Positions 31,336 to 32,000 of a stretch of 32,000 bases of DNA are shown piece by piece; position 1 is the first letter of the stretch, and every line of letters starts with the position of its first letter. The position numbers were made by a program, and so were the translations under genes. The stretch is taken from NCBI RefSeq assembly GCF_014857065.1, contig NZ_CP046533.1, positions 600,001 through 632,000 of the forward strand. The letters run 5' to 3'. This stretch comes from Candidatus Saccharimonadota bacterium. Lineage in GTDB: Bacteria > Pseudomonadota > Gammaproteobacteria > Enterobacterales > Enterobacteriaceae. Under the pieces are notes generated by a model. It did not search any database and was not told where the DNA came from. It saw only the letters and a list, made by a program, of their open reading frames with translations.

Positions 31336-32000
31336 ATGTGTAATTTTAATTTTTATAAGGGTCGTATTTTGATCCTAGATTTTGGTTCACAATATGTTCG
31401 TTTGATAGCTAAAATAATTCGGGAGCTTGGTGTATATTGTGAAATATGGCCATGGAATGTGACTGAATTGCAAATAAAGAATTTTCATCCTAGCGGTATT
31501 ATTCTTTCAGGAGGGCCGGAAACAGCTATGTACGTACATAGTTCAAGAGCTCCCGCGTGTGTGTTTTGTCATAATATTCCAGTATTAGGAATATGTTATG
31601 GAATGCAAACAATGGTTGTTCAACTAGGAGGTAAAGTTCAAACAAATAATTTACAACGTGAATTTGGTTCTATAAAAGTTAATATAATTAAAAATGATAA
31701 TTTATTGATTAATAACATTTTTGATCTTATAGATAAAAAAGGTAATCCAATATTAGAAGTATGGATGAGTCATAATGATACGGTATCTGTTCTTCCACCA
31801 GATTTTATTATTCTTGCTGCCACTACGAATTGTCCTACAGCAATTATAGTTGATGAGCAGCGTTCTTTGTATGGAGTTCAATTTCATCCAGAAGTTACCC
31901 ATACTATACAGGGACGTCGTATCTTAAAAAGATTTGTTATTGATATCTGTCAATGTAAACCTACATTAAAATTGAATTTAGTTGTAGAAGATATACTTTT
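31336..32000 (+). CDS. guaA: GMP synthase (glutamine-hydrolysing), N-terminal glutamine amidotransferase part; continues past the window
   Basis: My translation from the ATG at 31336 is MCNFNFYKGRILILDFGSQY...GICYGMQTM...VQFHPEVTHT. This matches the GuaA GATase domain, including the Cys-His-Glu triad context. It lies downstream of guaB, as in E. coli. Confidence 0.95.
   Translation, partial: MCNFNFYKGRILILDFGSQYVRLIAKIIRELGVYCEIWPWNVTELQIKNFHPSGIILSGGPETAMYVHSSRAPACVFCHNIPVLGICYGMQTMVVQLGGKVQTNNLQREFGSIKVNIIKNDNLLINNIFDLIDKKGNPILEVWMSHNDTVSVLPPDFIILAATTNCPTAIIVDEQRSLYGVQFHPEVTHTIQGRRILKRFVIDICQCKPTLKLNLVVEDIL

Overview
This window looks like a strongly AT-rich, reduced gammaproteobacterial (Enterobacterales-derived) genome. 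By eye, coding GC is about 30% and spacers are below 20%, which fits an insect endosymbiont of the Blochmannia/Wigglesworthia type; I cannot assign a species without a database search. About 84% is occupied by intact housekeeping genes, in an order largely collinear with the E. coli 55-59 min region. That order is: 23S rRNA 3' part, pssA, an EmrE-like SMR gene, ssrA (tmRNA), smpB, ratA, bamE, nadK, grpE, ung, lepA-lepB-rnc-era, pdxJ-acpS, tadA, glyA, suhB, iscS, ndk, rlmN, rodZ, ispG, hisS, bamB, der, mqo, guaB and guaA (partial). The standard code applies: TGA ends ndk, rnc, pdxJ and glyA. I found no CRISPR array, transposase, integrase, prophage, defence system, tRNA gene, or multi-gene cluster of unknown function. 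The rest of the window is about 5 kb of very AT-rich spacer, sitting where E. coli carries genes that are missing here (recN, recO, xseA, iscRUA-hscBA-fdx, trmJ, yfgM, ratB). The notable signals are at residue and architecture level. The strongest is a full-length SuhB in which almost all inositol-monophosphatase metal ligands are replaced, so it is an apparent pseudo-enzyme. Others are an orphan iscS with a shortened C-terminus, a 23S gene with no 5S behind it, an isolated EmrE-type gene at the ssrA 3' flank, a truncated RodZ, a hydrophobic tail on RlmN, a degenerate BamB lipobox, RNase III D114N, and one statistically unusual 14-bp perfect hairpin. All homology statements come from my recollection of the E. 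coli proteins and RNAs, not from a search.
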